The notes under the pieces were generated by a model. It saw nothing but the letters and a program-made list of their open reading frames with translations. It made no database searches and was not told where the DNA came from. The position numbers were made by a program, and so were the translations under genes. A stretch of 32,000 nucleotides of DNA. It comes from Candidatus Jordarchaeales archaeon. GTDB lineage: Archaea > Asgardarchaeota > Jordiarchaeia > Jordiarchaeales > Freyrarchaeaceae. Each line of letters opens with the position of its first letter. The first letter of the stretch is position 1. This document shows positions 1-9,799 of the stretch, in pieces. Location of the stretch: the NCBI GenBank assembly GCA_038889235.1, contig JAWAHN010000001.1:312403-344402 (forward strand), read 5' to 3'.

Positions 1-2
1 TT

Positions 3-1196
3 GAGCTTGACGGAGACGAGATGGCCAGGGTTATGTGGGCTCTAGTCAAGGAGAATCTGATACAGCCATACGTTGACCTAAAAACGGAGTACTACGACCT
101 TCACATCAAACGTAGAGATGAAACGAATGACGCGATTACCGTGCGCGCTGCGGAAGCCATAAAGAGGTGGGGCGTCGGCGTCAAGTGCGCCACGATAACA
201 CCTAACGTCGAGAGAGTTAAAGAGTATGGTCTTAAAAGAGAGTGGAGGAGCCCTAACGCGACGATAAGGGAGATACTTGACGGAACCCTGTTCAGGTCGC
301 CGATAATTATCAGGAACATTGCCCCCGCCGTAAGGTTCTGGAGGAAGCCCATAGTCGTCGCCAGACACGCTTACGGAGACATATACTCCGGCGTAGGGCT
401 AAGGTTTGAGGAGGCCGGTGAAGCCGAGATAGTTTACAGGTCTGCTTCCGGCTCAGAAGTCAGAGTAAAGCTTCCACCGCTCAAGGGGCCCGGAGTTCTT
501 CAAGCATACCACAACCTGGATGCATCCATAGAAAGCTTCGCGAGAGCCTCCTTCAAGTACGCTCTCATAAACGGGTTAGACCTCTGGTTCGCAGCGAAAG
601 AAACCATATCAAAAGTCTACGACTCTAGGTTTAAGGAGATTTTCGCCAGGGTCTACGAGGAAGAGTTTAAGGAGGAGTTTCAGAGGAGGGGGCTCAACTA
701 CGAGTACTACTTGATAGACGACGCTTACTCTAGGGCCATGAGGTCGGAGGGGGGCTTCGTCTGGGCGACGAAAAACTATGATGGAGACGTGGTCTCCGAC
801 ATGGTCGCTTCAGCCTTCACTGGAACGCTCGCCTTAATGACCTCCGAGCTACTATCGCCGGAAGGATACTACATGGCTGAGGCGGCCCACGGAACAGTTC
901 AGAAACACTACTACAAGTATTTGAAGGGAGAAAAAACCTCCACGAACCCAACAGCAATAATATTCGCTTGGGCAAGAGGGCTCAAGGAAAGGGGCAGAAG
1001 AGATGGGATAACGGAGCTTGTCGCTTTCTCGGAGAAGCTAGAGGAAGCGGTCAGGAGGACCATAGAAGAGGACAAGGTGATGACCCAAGACGTCGCAAGG
1101 GTAGCAGAGCCTCCAGTAAACGCTGTGGTGACAACAGAGCAGTTCATCGAAGCGGTCAAAAGAAACCTAGAAAAAATACTTGAAAAAACAACGTAG
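3..1196 (+). CDS. icd: NADP-dependent isocitrate dehydrogenase, subfamily II (eukaryote/Thermotoga type); 5' end lies outside the window
   Basis: The frame is open from position 3 (ELDGDEMAR). Motifs VKCATITP, WRSPNATIR, NYDGDV and EAAHGTVQKHY match IDH1-type enzymes. Confidence 0.96.
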   Translation, partial: ELDGDEMARVMWALVKENLIQPYVDLKTEYYDLHIKRRDETNDAITVRAAEAIKRWGVGVKCATITPNVERVKEYGLKREWRSPNATIREILDGTLFRSPIIIRNIAPAVRFWRKPIVVARHAYGDIYSGVGLRFEEAGEAEIVYRSASGSEVRVKLPPLKGPGVLQAYHNLDASIESFARASFKYALINGLDLWFAAKETISKVYDSRFKEIFARVYEEEFKEEFQRRGLNYEYYLIDDAYSRAMRSEGGFVWATKNYDGDVVSDMVASAFTGTLALMTSELLSPEGYYMAEAAHGTVQKHYYKYLKGEKTSTNPTAIIFAWARGLKERGRRDGITELVAFSEKLEEAVRRTIEEDKVMTQDVARVAEPPVNAVVTTEQFIEAVKRNLEKILEKTT

Positions 1197-1730
1197 AACG
1201 TCTCCCTCCCGAAAAGGGCACCCACGTGAAAACAAAACAGAGTCTAAAAAAGAGACGATTTGAACTTAAATTTAAAGCACCCTGAGAAATAGGGCACCAG
1301 CAAGCTTCCTCAGGTAAGAAGGAGGAAGCCTGTCCCCTAGGCACTGCGAGTTAAATCCCACTTCGAGGCTAAGCCTAGCACTATTCGTATTTTAATTTCG
1401 GCAGCACCTTAGAGAAAAGAGGGTAGACAAAGCGAGGGTATACGTGCACCTCTAATTGTATTGCATTTAAAAATTCGAGTTTTATGATTATGCAAAGTTA
1501 ATAAAATAACACTGAAATAAGGAAAGTGTTCTCTTTAATTTCTCTACATTTTTCATATTAATTTTAATTTTGTATTTAGTTTTGTAATGTAAAAACCTTT
1601 ATTAATTTGCGTTTTAATTTTTGTGAAAAATTCAATATTTGGCGTTCACACATGGAAAAAATTTAAAAAATCGTACAACGGTAAGCTATTAATTGGATGT
1701 CCGTTTCGCTTGTTGGGAGGGTGGTGGTTG

Positions 1731-2585
1731 GTGCGGTTTAAAATTAATGCTGAGTGCAGGTATTGTGGTGGCACTATAAGCCATGAGGTGGAGCTTGAAG
1801 GGGAAGTGCTTTCCTGGTTTAAAAGCCAGCTTAATGTTGCCGGTGTTGCCCCTGTTAGCATTGATCACGGTGACCACATCTTTATAGTTTATGTTGATGC
1901 ACATGGCCGCGCGAGGGCAAGTTATGCTTACCCTGTCGTCAGCAAAAAAGTTGAGGGGGAGAAGTGGACTCCTGTGGGCGGCGTTGCCTTAATGGAGACT
2001 AACGTGAACGTGCTTTTTGCCGACTATGACGAGAAAACTTACTGTGCGTCTTACTGGAAGGAGAACCTTGACCCCGGGGAGATTTTACCCTATGCAGATG
2101 AGACAAAATTTGTTAGCTTGGAGGGAAGAGAGTTTTGGATTTTTGCGGCGCAGAGTAACAGGATGATAGTTGCTAGGGAGGTTGGGTGGAGTAGGGGGTT
2201 CTTCCAGTCGCTTCAGGAGTTTTTCTCGCAGGCATCGCATGTTGAGCCAAAAATTGTTAGGAGTGCTACGATTCAGGCTATACTGGTCTCGGTGGTCTCG
2301 AATCCTTCGTCTTATACGCCTAACTCGTCAACCATATTCGCTGATCTAGAGAAGAAGGTTGTTTTAACGAGGGCGGCTAGGATGCTCTTCGCCGGCGAGC
2401 ACGGCTTCGAACGTGAGCTTCTCTCGTTCCTAAACGAGCTTCAGAACTACAATACCCTCGGAGAAGCCATACTTTCGTCCACCCCGAGCCAGGTGGCTCT
2501 GCTGGTTAAGTACTATAGGACATTGAAGAACACTGGGGTCATTAAAGTCGGAGAGGGGGAACGTGAGTCTCGAGGGGAAAGTTAA
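1731..2585 (+). CDS. Hypothetical protein: N-terminal CxxC/His Zn-ribbon-like domain, possible longin-like middle domain, C-terminal winged-helix-like region
   Basis: GTG at 1731 follows GGGAGG/GGTGG. The ORF-track extension to 1623 runs through an AT-rich spacer. CRYCGG...DHGDHIFIVYVDAHGRAR. Overlaps the next gene by 23 nt. Domain calls are pattern inference. Confidence 0.75.
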   Translation: MRFKINAECRYCGGTISHEVELEGEVLSWFKSQLNVAGVAPVSIDHGDHIFIVYVDAHGRARASYAYPVVSKKVEGEKWTPVGGVALMETNVNVLFADYDEKTYCASYWKENLDPGEILPYADETKFVSLEGREFWIFAAQSNRMIVAREVGWSRGFFQSLQEFFSQASHVEPKIVRSATIQAILVSVVSNPSSYTPNSSTIFADLEKKVVLTRAARMLFAGEHGFERELLSFLNELQNYNTLGEAILSSTPSQVALLVKYYRTLKNTGVIKVGEGERESRGES

Positions 2586-3603
2586 GGTTTCGCTCAAAAT
2601 ACTGAGGAGGCTTAGAAAGCTTATTGGCGTTTCGAGAATTACGAACATGCATTTTGCCTTGGCTCTTTCTATAAGTCTGGAAAAGCTTGGAGTCATCGAC
2701 TTTCTAAGGGAGCCAAGAAGTGTAGATGACGTCGCGTCGTTCATAGGGAACGTGAAGAGAGTGGATCTGTTAAGAAAGTTAATGAGTGTGCTTGAAGATG
2801 AAGGTGTGCTCGAGAGGGTTGATGAGCGCTATAAGGTTGACATGGCTCGGTTAGAGGTGCTTAAGGAGATGAGGGTTAAAAACCAGTATTTCAGGGATTT
2901 TGAGCCTTTAACTTCTGGGTTCGAGAGGGTAATGTATGAAGTGATGTTGGACGTGCTTAGGGGAAAGGAGTTTGACTTCGTATCTCCTGAAGTTGCAACA
3001 GTATTCTACTTCCAGAACGCCAGCCCACTGTACGCTTTCGGGAGAGAAATGTTGCTTGAGCTCGGCGGTGGAAAGAAACTTAAGGGAAGCAGAATTCTAG
3101 ATTTGGGCTGCGGCTTCGGAGCTGAACCGATAACCATACTGAACTACCTCGACTTCGACTGTCACCTGATATGCGCAGACTTTTTCCCAAACGTGGTTGA
3201 CGAGTGCATGCACACCATGGTGAAAGTTAACGGGCAGAATAAGCCACTTAAGGAACTGGAAAACGTCGAGTTTGTGATACTCGACCCGTCAATGGAGAAG
3301 AATTTCCCCATACCGGACGAACATGTAGACGCTGTCTTTTGCTTCGCGCTTCTCCACTGGAGTAAGCACCCAGACAAGATACTAAAGGAGTGCGCAAGGG
3401 TGCTAAAGAAAGGCGGGAAACTCATGGTGGTAACTCAGTTGAAGAAGGATGGTAGCCGGGTTACAGCAGCGGACGTAGCGCTTAAACTAATGGGGGGAAA
3501 CAAGTATTACACGAGAGGGGAAATGGAGAAATTCCTGCTGGAAGCCGGTTTCAAAGACTACACGATCTTCCTATCGCACATGATAGTAGCTGAAAAAGCA
3601 TGA
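2563..3603 (+). CDS. Class I SAM-dependent methyltransferase with N-terminal winged-helix/dimerisation domain
   Basis: Motif I ILDLGCGFG, VDAVFC..LLHW, and ARVLKKGGKLMVV. The N-terminal SVDDVA...LRKLMSVLEDEGVL segment is wHTH-like, as in O-methyltransferases. Confidence 0.9.
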   Translation: MSLEGKVKVSLKILRRLRKLIGVSRITNMHFALALSISLEKLGVIDFLREPRSVDDVASFIGNVKRVDLLRKLMSVLEDEGVLERVDERYKVDMARLEVLKEMRVKNQYFRDFEPLTSGFERVMYEVMLDVLRGKEFDFVSPEVATVFYFQNASPLYAFGREMLLELGGGKKLKGSRILDLGCGFGAEPITILNYLDFDCHLICADFFPNVVDECMHTMVKVNGQNKPLKELENVEFVILDPSMEKNFPIPDEHVDAVFCFALLHWSKHPDKILKECARVLKKGGKLMVVTQLKKDGSRVTAADVALKLMGGNKYYTRGEMEKFLLEAGFKDYTIFLSHMIVAEKA

Positions 3604-4108
3604 ATAACCACATTCAACGAGCCGCACTCTCCATCATTCACACTCCGCTAAAAACTGGGGTTTACAGTGGCGTGAAGTCATTGCCAAATGTTAAAGGATG
3701 GTTAACACGGTTAATCTATGAAAGCTGAACATTAAAATTAAAAAAATTAAGTTTTGAATGATGGAAAAGCAGTGTAAACACTGACTGCCTTCCCCACCGT
3801 TCACTTGGGAGGGAAAATATACGTGCCTCACTGTGAACGAGGTGAGTGAGCACTATGGTGCCAGTGATAGCAGTAAAGCTTGAGAGGTGCCTTGAGGGTT
3901 TAACTGAACTTTACCAGCACGCTGCCGTAGAGTTACAGTCTTAAACTGTGGCCTCATAAGAGAGCAGTTTTTCACCGGAGCCCTTTTTACTCATTATAGC
4001 GCTTTACTTTTATCATAGTAACTGAGCAGTAACATCCCTGTCTCTGAAAGAGAGGTTTGGCTTTTAGCCAGATTTAATGTTTTACTAACTTTACAGTCAA
4101 ACCCGGCT

Positions 4109-6512
4109 TTATACTTTGAATTTCACAGGTGGTGACCAGCCGGTGCAACACGTTGTCTTCGCTTGGTCTAGACTGCGTAAGCGTGAGCGGATGGCATAGG
4201 TCCCAGGAGAGAGATCGGTGATGGTGATGCGTAGATCGCGGATACCTTCTCGTATGGTTCTCCAGTCTCCGTCGCCCACTTGAAGTTGGACATCAAAGCC
4301 CACACCGTCAGGTGGAAGCAACGTACCTAGTTCTACTTCTACTTTGGCGCCTGTAATGGATACTATACGGTCAGGTATCTCTATGGTTCCCCGCATCCCG
4401 GAGACCATGTCACGGTATTCAAAGGTGCCGGCCCAAGGTATTTTTGTCCACCAAGTCTCTATGTAGTGTGAGCGCTTCCCTCTTATGAGCTGAGAGTCCC
4501 AAAGGTTTAAGCCGCTGGACTCGGTAACCGAGTGGTAATCTTCACCGACGTTGGTCCACTCGAAGCGGTCACCTATATTGCCCGTCACTCGCTCGGGTAT
4601 GAAGCCGTTATCTTGGATTATTATCTGGTGGGTGGGTGTTGGGTCAGGGGGGATAACTGGTAGTTCCAGCCATGAAAGATAGTCTGGTCCCGTATGGATA
4701 AAGGTATCCTTGCATTTTGGCGAGAACGACTGGTACATGGAACCTCTCAAAATGAGGGATGAAAGGAAAGAAAACAGTCTCCTACGAGAGTAAGCCTCGC
4801 CCTTTCGCTTGTAGGGACCACAGTGGATGGTTAGCCCAATGCGGTGGCCGGCCTTGAAGAGCATTGCTGTGGGCCAGATCTCGACGTCCACGGCCACGGG
4901 CACACCAGGAGTCAACCAATCGTTCCGTTTAAAGAGATAGAAAGGCTGATGAGGCTTAGAGCGCTCCGGGTCTAAAGCCCGCATGGACGCACGCAGCCAA
5001 CCACGGGTGACCGGTTCGTCGGGTGAGTCGGCGAAAACATAGCCAAAGCGCGTTTCACGCCCTTTTTCGTCGAAGTCGCGCACCTCGACTGTGAGATCTA
5101 CATCCTGGGAAAGTGTGGATATCCATAGGTGGGCGACTAATGGTCCTACTACGGCTATGTCTCGAGGTAAAGGTTCGGTTAAGAATGTAACCTGGCGGCT
5201 GCTCCCTGCCACCGGATCCTTGCGCCATTCTGCCTTCACGGAAGCGTTCTCGGTTGGTTCCTCAAATTTCAGAGTTCGGTCCCTGGCGTCCAGATACAGC
5301 TTAACCCACTGCGTATTCTCTAACGGCCAAGTATTCCCATAAACGTGAGTGAAAGTGTTTGACCCAGTGCGCAGGTGCACATCAACTGCTGGTTCCTTAT
5401 CGATGCCGGTGTCTACGCCCTTTAGGTAGTGGTCGAAGAATCTCAGCACCATGCGGTTGGCCCAAGGTTGGTAGGCAGAGCCCCAATGGGTTCCACTATA
5501 CAAGACTAACTTCTTCTTAGGGCTTCGTGCATGAACGAAGGCGTTAACGTTACCGCGGAGGTGTAAATCGGGATCTCCGAGGTTGCCCACTGAAAGCATA
5601 GGCACCTCGATGAGGTGGAGTGCGAGGATTCCTGGATTGTCGGGGCTTCGCCCGGACATGCCATATTCCCAGATCTCGTCGAAGTAAGGATGAGTGAGTA
5701 GCATTTTCAGGTATTTCTTAGCAACAAAGGGGTTGTTAGCGATTAGTTGCAACATAACCCCGAAGAGGAAGCCGAACCTAGAAAGGATTCCGCCCCTGTA
5801 AGCGATATCCCTGTACGGGTCGGTGAGACCCTCCCAAGGAACAATGGCCTTTAGGTGTGGGGGATGTAATCCAGCTACCCAGTACTGGGACATGGCATAC
5901 CAAGAAATGCCAAACAGCCCGACGTTGCCGTTGCTCCACGGTTGGCTGGCCGCCCACTCGATAGCATCATAATAATCTCGGATCTCTTGGAAGTCTAGGG
6001 CACCTGTGCACCCCTGCGAGCCCCCATAGCCACTGGTATTAAAAGAGATATACACATATCCTCGCGGCACCCAGTAGTCTGGATTAGCCTGCTCAAATTG
6101 CTGAAATCTCGTTTTCACGCCCCCGTTATCATCAACGCCGGGCAGTACATTAAGGTAGCGCGGATAGGGAGCCTCAGCCATGATCACTGGAAATTTTCCT
6201 GGTGCATTAGGGCGGAAAATATCCCCACGCAGTTTCCTCCCATCTCGCACGGGGATTTCCACATTCTTTTCAAAAATCACGTCGTAAACTGGTTGGCTTA
6301 ACCCGTAATCATAGCGGCCGTCGTCTGGGCGTATGGAGAGAGGTGGGATAGAGGGGGAAGAAGGAAATCTGGCAGCAAGGAACCATTTGAGAAGCTTAAA
6401 AAAACGGCCACCACAAAAAAGACAGAATGTCTAATCCTAAACATAAAAGGCGTATCTTAACTGGACTGAAAGGGTATCCTTTGCGTTCTCCCCGCGATGC
6501 TTTCTTAAACAT
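4109..6512 (-). CDS. CocE/NonD family (S15-like) hydrolase with C-terminal cupredoxin-like and FN3-like domains; one frameshift near the 5' end (T7 run, 6398-6404)
   Basis: The main ORF 4109-6280 has VRDG..LRGDIFRP, WAASQPWSNGNVGLFGISWYAM and VTRGWLRAS. ATG at 6512 has a GGAGG SD. Removing one T gives a continuous 800-aa frame. Confidence 0.85.
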
Positions 6513-7086
6513 GCCTACCTCCCCCCGACAAAGCGCTCTCTTCCCTCCTTCCACACTTGAAATAAATTTGCACTACCCTCACTATTATATTTCTTTCGAC
6601 TCTTAGGAGGATCCTGTATCTACGTAAGCACATACAGCAAATTGTTTTTGAGAGTGGAGTATGTTTCTCATGTTTTTAATTTGTTCAGTGAAAAACGAAT
6701 CAAACAAGTTCAATATATGATTCGTTAAGGAAGCCATTTAACTTGAAGGAGTAGGCGTGTGTTTTTAAGGCAGAGCCGCGGCGAGTTACTAAGTAGCCCG
6801 GCATTGACGAGTTGCATTACAGCAGATTTTGTGGAATTGTTGCTTCAAGATTGCAGTGAGGAGGAGGGTTAAGGGGGCTTTCAGCGTAGCTGAGAAGTAA
6901 CGTAATTTGTAAGGCCAGCGAGCGATCTCTATGGTTTTTATGTCTGCAGTTAAAACTTGCTCGAACGGCTGAACAGGGGAGAGATTTGAGACATTATACG
7001 TTTAGCCACCGTGACGTTGCTGACAGCGATTATGTTTGAAAAACTATTTCATCTAAAAACTAAGTTTTTAAGTTGTAGATTGCAAG

Positions 7087-7668
7087 TCAGTTGAAGTACT
7101 TTTCGAGTTCGCCCTCTTTTTCAAGCTGGCGGAGCCAGTTTATTCTTCCAACGCGATACCTTTCCCCCATTCCAGAGATTATTTCCAGTACTTCTTTAGC
7201 CGACTCGTCCGGCGTTTTTAGCGTGGTGTCTACTTCGTAAACTTTCTCCCATCCGTATGCTTCGACAGCGTCGTAAGTGCACACCCCCAGTATTTCGGCT
7301 TGCACGTTTTCGCGGATCTTATTTTCGCTCCACCCTCTTTCGGCGAGCCGCCTCCACAACTCCCTTGGGTGCGTTCTCAAAACGACGGCTTCTTCAACCC
7401 AGTCATCCGGCATCACGTCGGCATAGTGTCCCTCAACAATAAGCCGGCCTCCGGCGTCGACCGCTAGGCGCTCTACTTCGGGCACCAGCTTCTCCACGTC
7501 GGCAATAAGGCTGCCCCTCTCCTCGTCGACTCCGAGAAAAAGTCCTTTCTCTTTGACGAGGTCGCCTAGGCTAACCCACCTAACCCCTGTCATCCTGGAA
7601 ACTATGCTGGCAAGCGTGGTTTTCCCCGTCCCCGGTGTGCCGCTGATCACTATTAGCTGTATTTCCAT
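7087..7668 (-). CDS. Adenylate kinase/ATPase, Fap7/AK6 (hCINAP) family
   Basis: P-loop GTPGTGKTT, hhhEGH motif (IVEGHY), LRTHP..L..RL.ERGW...KIRENVQAEILGVC. Confidence 0.92.
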   Translation of the reverse strand: MEIQLIVISGTPGTGKTTLASIVSRMTGVRWVSLGDLVKEKGLFLGVDEERGSLIADVEKLVPEVERLAVDAGGRLIVEGHYADVMPDDWVEEAVVLRTHPRELWRRLAERGWSENKIRENVQAEILGVCTYDAVEAYGWEKVYEVDTTLKTPDESAKEVLEIISGMGERYRVGRINWLRQLEKEGELEKYFN

Positions 7669-7804
7669 GTTAGTAGGCCTCCCGCCAGCGGGTGTGCCGA
7701 CAAGGAGTATGCACGATTATAAATGTTCTTCTCCTGGTGAAAAGATTTAAGGGATGTCTTACTCTTCTTATAAGGAGGTTTGTTTTGCGCGGGGAGGTGG
7801 ATGT

Positions 7805-9691
7805 TTGAATAGTTTCCTGAAAGAATTCTTCAATGTTATCGTTAAAGTGGTTGATGGGTTTTCTGACGAAGGTTATCGCTCCTTTGCTGTCTCTCTCCTG
7901 GTGTCAACCCTTATGCGGAGCGAGGTTGATGCTGCAGTTTTCCCTATGAGTGAGGTTGTGAGCTTAGTTGAAAGGGTGCCTAAGAGGGAGGTTAAAGCGT
8001 TACTTTTAGGGGAGTGTGGTTTGAGGTTTGCGAAGATGGGAAGGTTGGATGAGGCGGAGGAGGCTTTTAGGAGGGCTTTGGAGAACTTGAAAGAGGCTGG
8101 AGAGGAGGCGGTTAGGGAGGTTTTTTCTAGAGTGGCTGTGAGAGTGGCTGAGGCCGCTGTTATCGGCAGGCGGAGGACGCTCTTAGACTTGATTTTCGAG
8201 GGGCTGCCTTACGCTGATGCTTTTAGTAGGGCTGTGGCTGTGGGCGCAGTCGCTGTTAGCTTGTGTGCTTTGAGGAGCGGCGAGCTTGAAGGAGCACTCA
8301 ACATGTTTCTTGAGGCAATAAAGATGCTCGCAACTCCAAGTAAATGTGTTAGGGTGCTTGTTGAGGTTGCAGGGTACCTCGCGAAGATGGGTGAGCAAGG
8401 ATGGGGGAGGGAGCTTTTGAGTGAGGCGCTTAAATGGGCTAGGAGGGGGGCCCGGGACGAGAGAGACATGCTCTTGATGAAAGTTGCCAGAGGATTTTTA
8501 CGGGTTGCTGAGGCCACCAGCTCTGTTGAAGATGTCGAGAGGGCGTGGACTGTTGCTTCAGAGATCGAGGACACTTACAGGAGGGCGTGGGTTGAAAACG
8601 ACGCCGTTACCATGCTGGTTAGAATGCGTGGCGACGGAAATGAAAAAGTGATGAAGGCAAGAGCCCTAGCCGAGAGGATAGTTGAGAAGACTGTTAGAGC
8701 ATGGGCTATGCGGGAAATTGCAGCCTCATTGCTGGGGCAGGGGCTTGTTGAAGACGCCGTGAAGCTCCTCAGTGAGGCTGCTGAAATAGCGAGGGGTATA
8801 CTTTCAGACAAGGACAGGCTGCCCGTCCTCAAAGACATCGTTATAGACCTTGCCAGAATAGGGGGAAGCACGGGCAACGAGAAGTTTATAGAGGAAGCTT
8901 TGGAGCTTAGTGGTGAGGTCAGAGGTGATGCGAGGTATTACTCGTTTGCGCTTCAGAAGATAGCTGTTGAAATGCTCAAAGCCAGGGAGATAAGCGCTGA
9001 GCAGATGGCGAAGGTGATCAAAGTTTTGGAGGGAGCGGAGCCGAGCTTCCAAGAGCTTGCAATGTGTGAGCTGCTGGAGCTCGTTGAGACGAAAGGGGGC
9101 GAGGTCGACGAGGTTTTCGACGTTATTTTAGAGTGGGCCGAAAGTGTTAAGGACCCGTTTTACAGGGCCTGTATAAAGGAGAGGGTTGCGGAGGGTCTCC
9201 TGAACTGTGGGAGAGTCGATAGGGCTGTAGCTCTTGTAAGGAAATTATGTGAAAGCGCAGACGAGCTGGAGGAGCCTATGCGCTCCTCCCTTCTGGGGGG
9301 TTGCGCCATAACGCTAGCCAGGATAGCTGCTATGGGGCGAAGAGAATTTTGGGGGGAGGCGTTAGCATGCCTAAGGAGGCAAGCCGAGGTAAGCCGTAGG
9401 ATCGACTGCACGATCCAAATAGTTGAAATGATGTTTAAGTCGGGGGAAAGTGAGGAGGCATGCAAACTTGTAGACGATGTGGAAAGAGAAGTGGATTCAC
9501 TCGAGAAACCCATTCCGAAGTACCTTCTAGGGAGGGAGCTTGCCCTCATACTCCTTGAGGCAGGATTCGCTCTTAAAAAGTGGAGTCTTGTTGAGAGAGC
9601 GGTGAGTCTCGTGCGGTGCGCTGAAGGGGTGGGCAAAAAAGCCGAGTTCCTTCAAGAGCTGCTCGAGAAAGCTGTTGAGAATTCACGCTGA
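7805..9691 (+). CDS. TPR-like alpha-solenoid repeat protein
   Basis: TTG at 7805 follows GGAGGTGG. Recurring ~38-aa helical units such as A..IA..I.D...R..A...IA..L...G....A. No catalytic motif seen. Confidence 0.8.
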   Translation: MNSFLKEFFNVIVKVVDGFSDEGYRSFAVSLLVSTLMRSEVDAAVFPMSEVVSLVERVPKREVKALLLGECGLRFAKMGRLDEAEEAFRRALENLKEAGEEAVREVFSRVAVRVAEAAVIGRRRTLLDLIFEGLPYADAFSRAVAVGAVAVSLCALRSGELEGALNMFLEAIKMLATPSKCVRVLVEVAGYLAKMGEQGWGRELLSEALKWARRGARDERDMLLMKVARGFLRVAEATSSVEDVERAWTVASEIEDTYRRAWVENDAVTMLVRMRGDGNEKVMKARALAERIVEKTVRAWAMREIAASLLGQGLVEDAVKLLSEAAEIARGILSDKDRLPVLKDIVIDLARIGGSTGNEKFIEEALELSGEVRGDARYYSFALQKIAVEMLKAREISAEQMAKVIKVLEGAEPSFQELAMCELLELVETKGGEVDEVFDVILEWAESVKDPFYRACIKERVAEGLLNCGRVDRAVALVRKLCESADELEEPMRSSLLGGCAITLARIAAMGRREFWGEALACLRRQAEVSRRIDCTIQIVEMMFKSGESEEACKLVDDVEREVDSLEKPIPKYLLGRELALILLEAGFALKKWSLVERAVSLVRCAEGVGKKAEFLQELLEKAVENSR

Positions 9692-9799
9692 AAGTAGAGG
9701 ATTGTAAGGAAACTAAACACTTCGGGGGTTTAAGAAAGGCCAAAAGTACCCGGTAAATTTTATAATCGCATCGCCGTTTTTTCTAACTTTTAGAAGTGG

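Noticed and set aside
1304-1329. 8-bp hairpin GCTTCCTC/GAGGAAGC after icd
   Set aside because: No U-tract or family signature, and a single short stem is expected by chance.
3795-3844. Hairpin (CACC-GTTCAC / GTGAAC-GA-GGTG) as a possible SECIS
   Set aside because: It lacks clear archaeal or eukaryal SECIS core motifs and neither flanking gene has an internal UGA.
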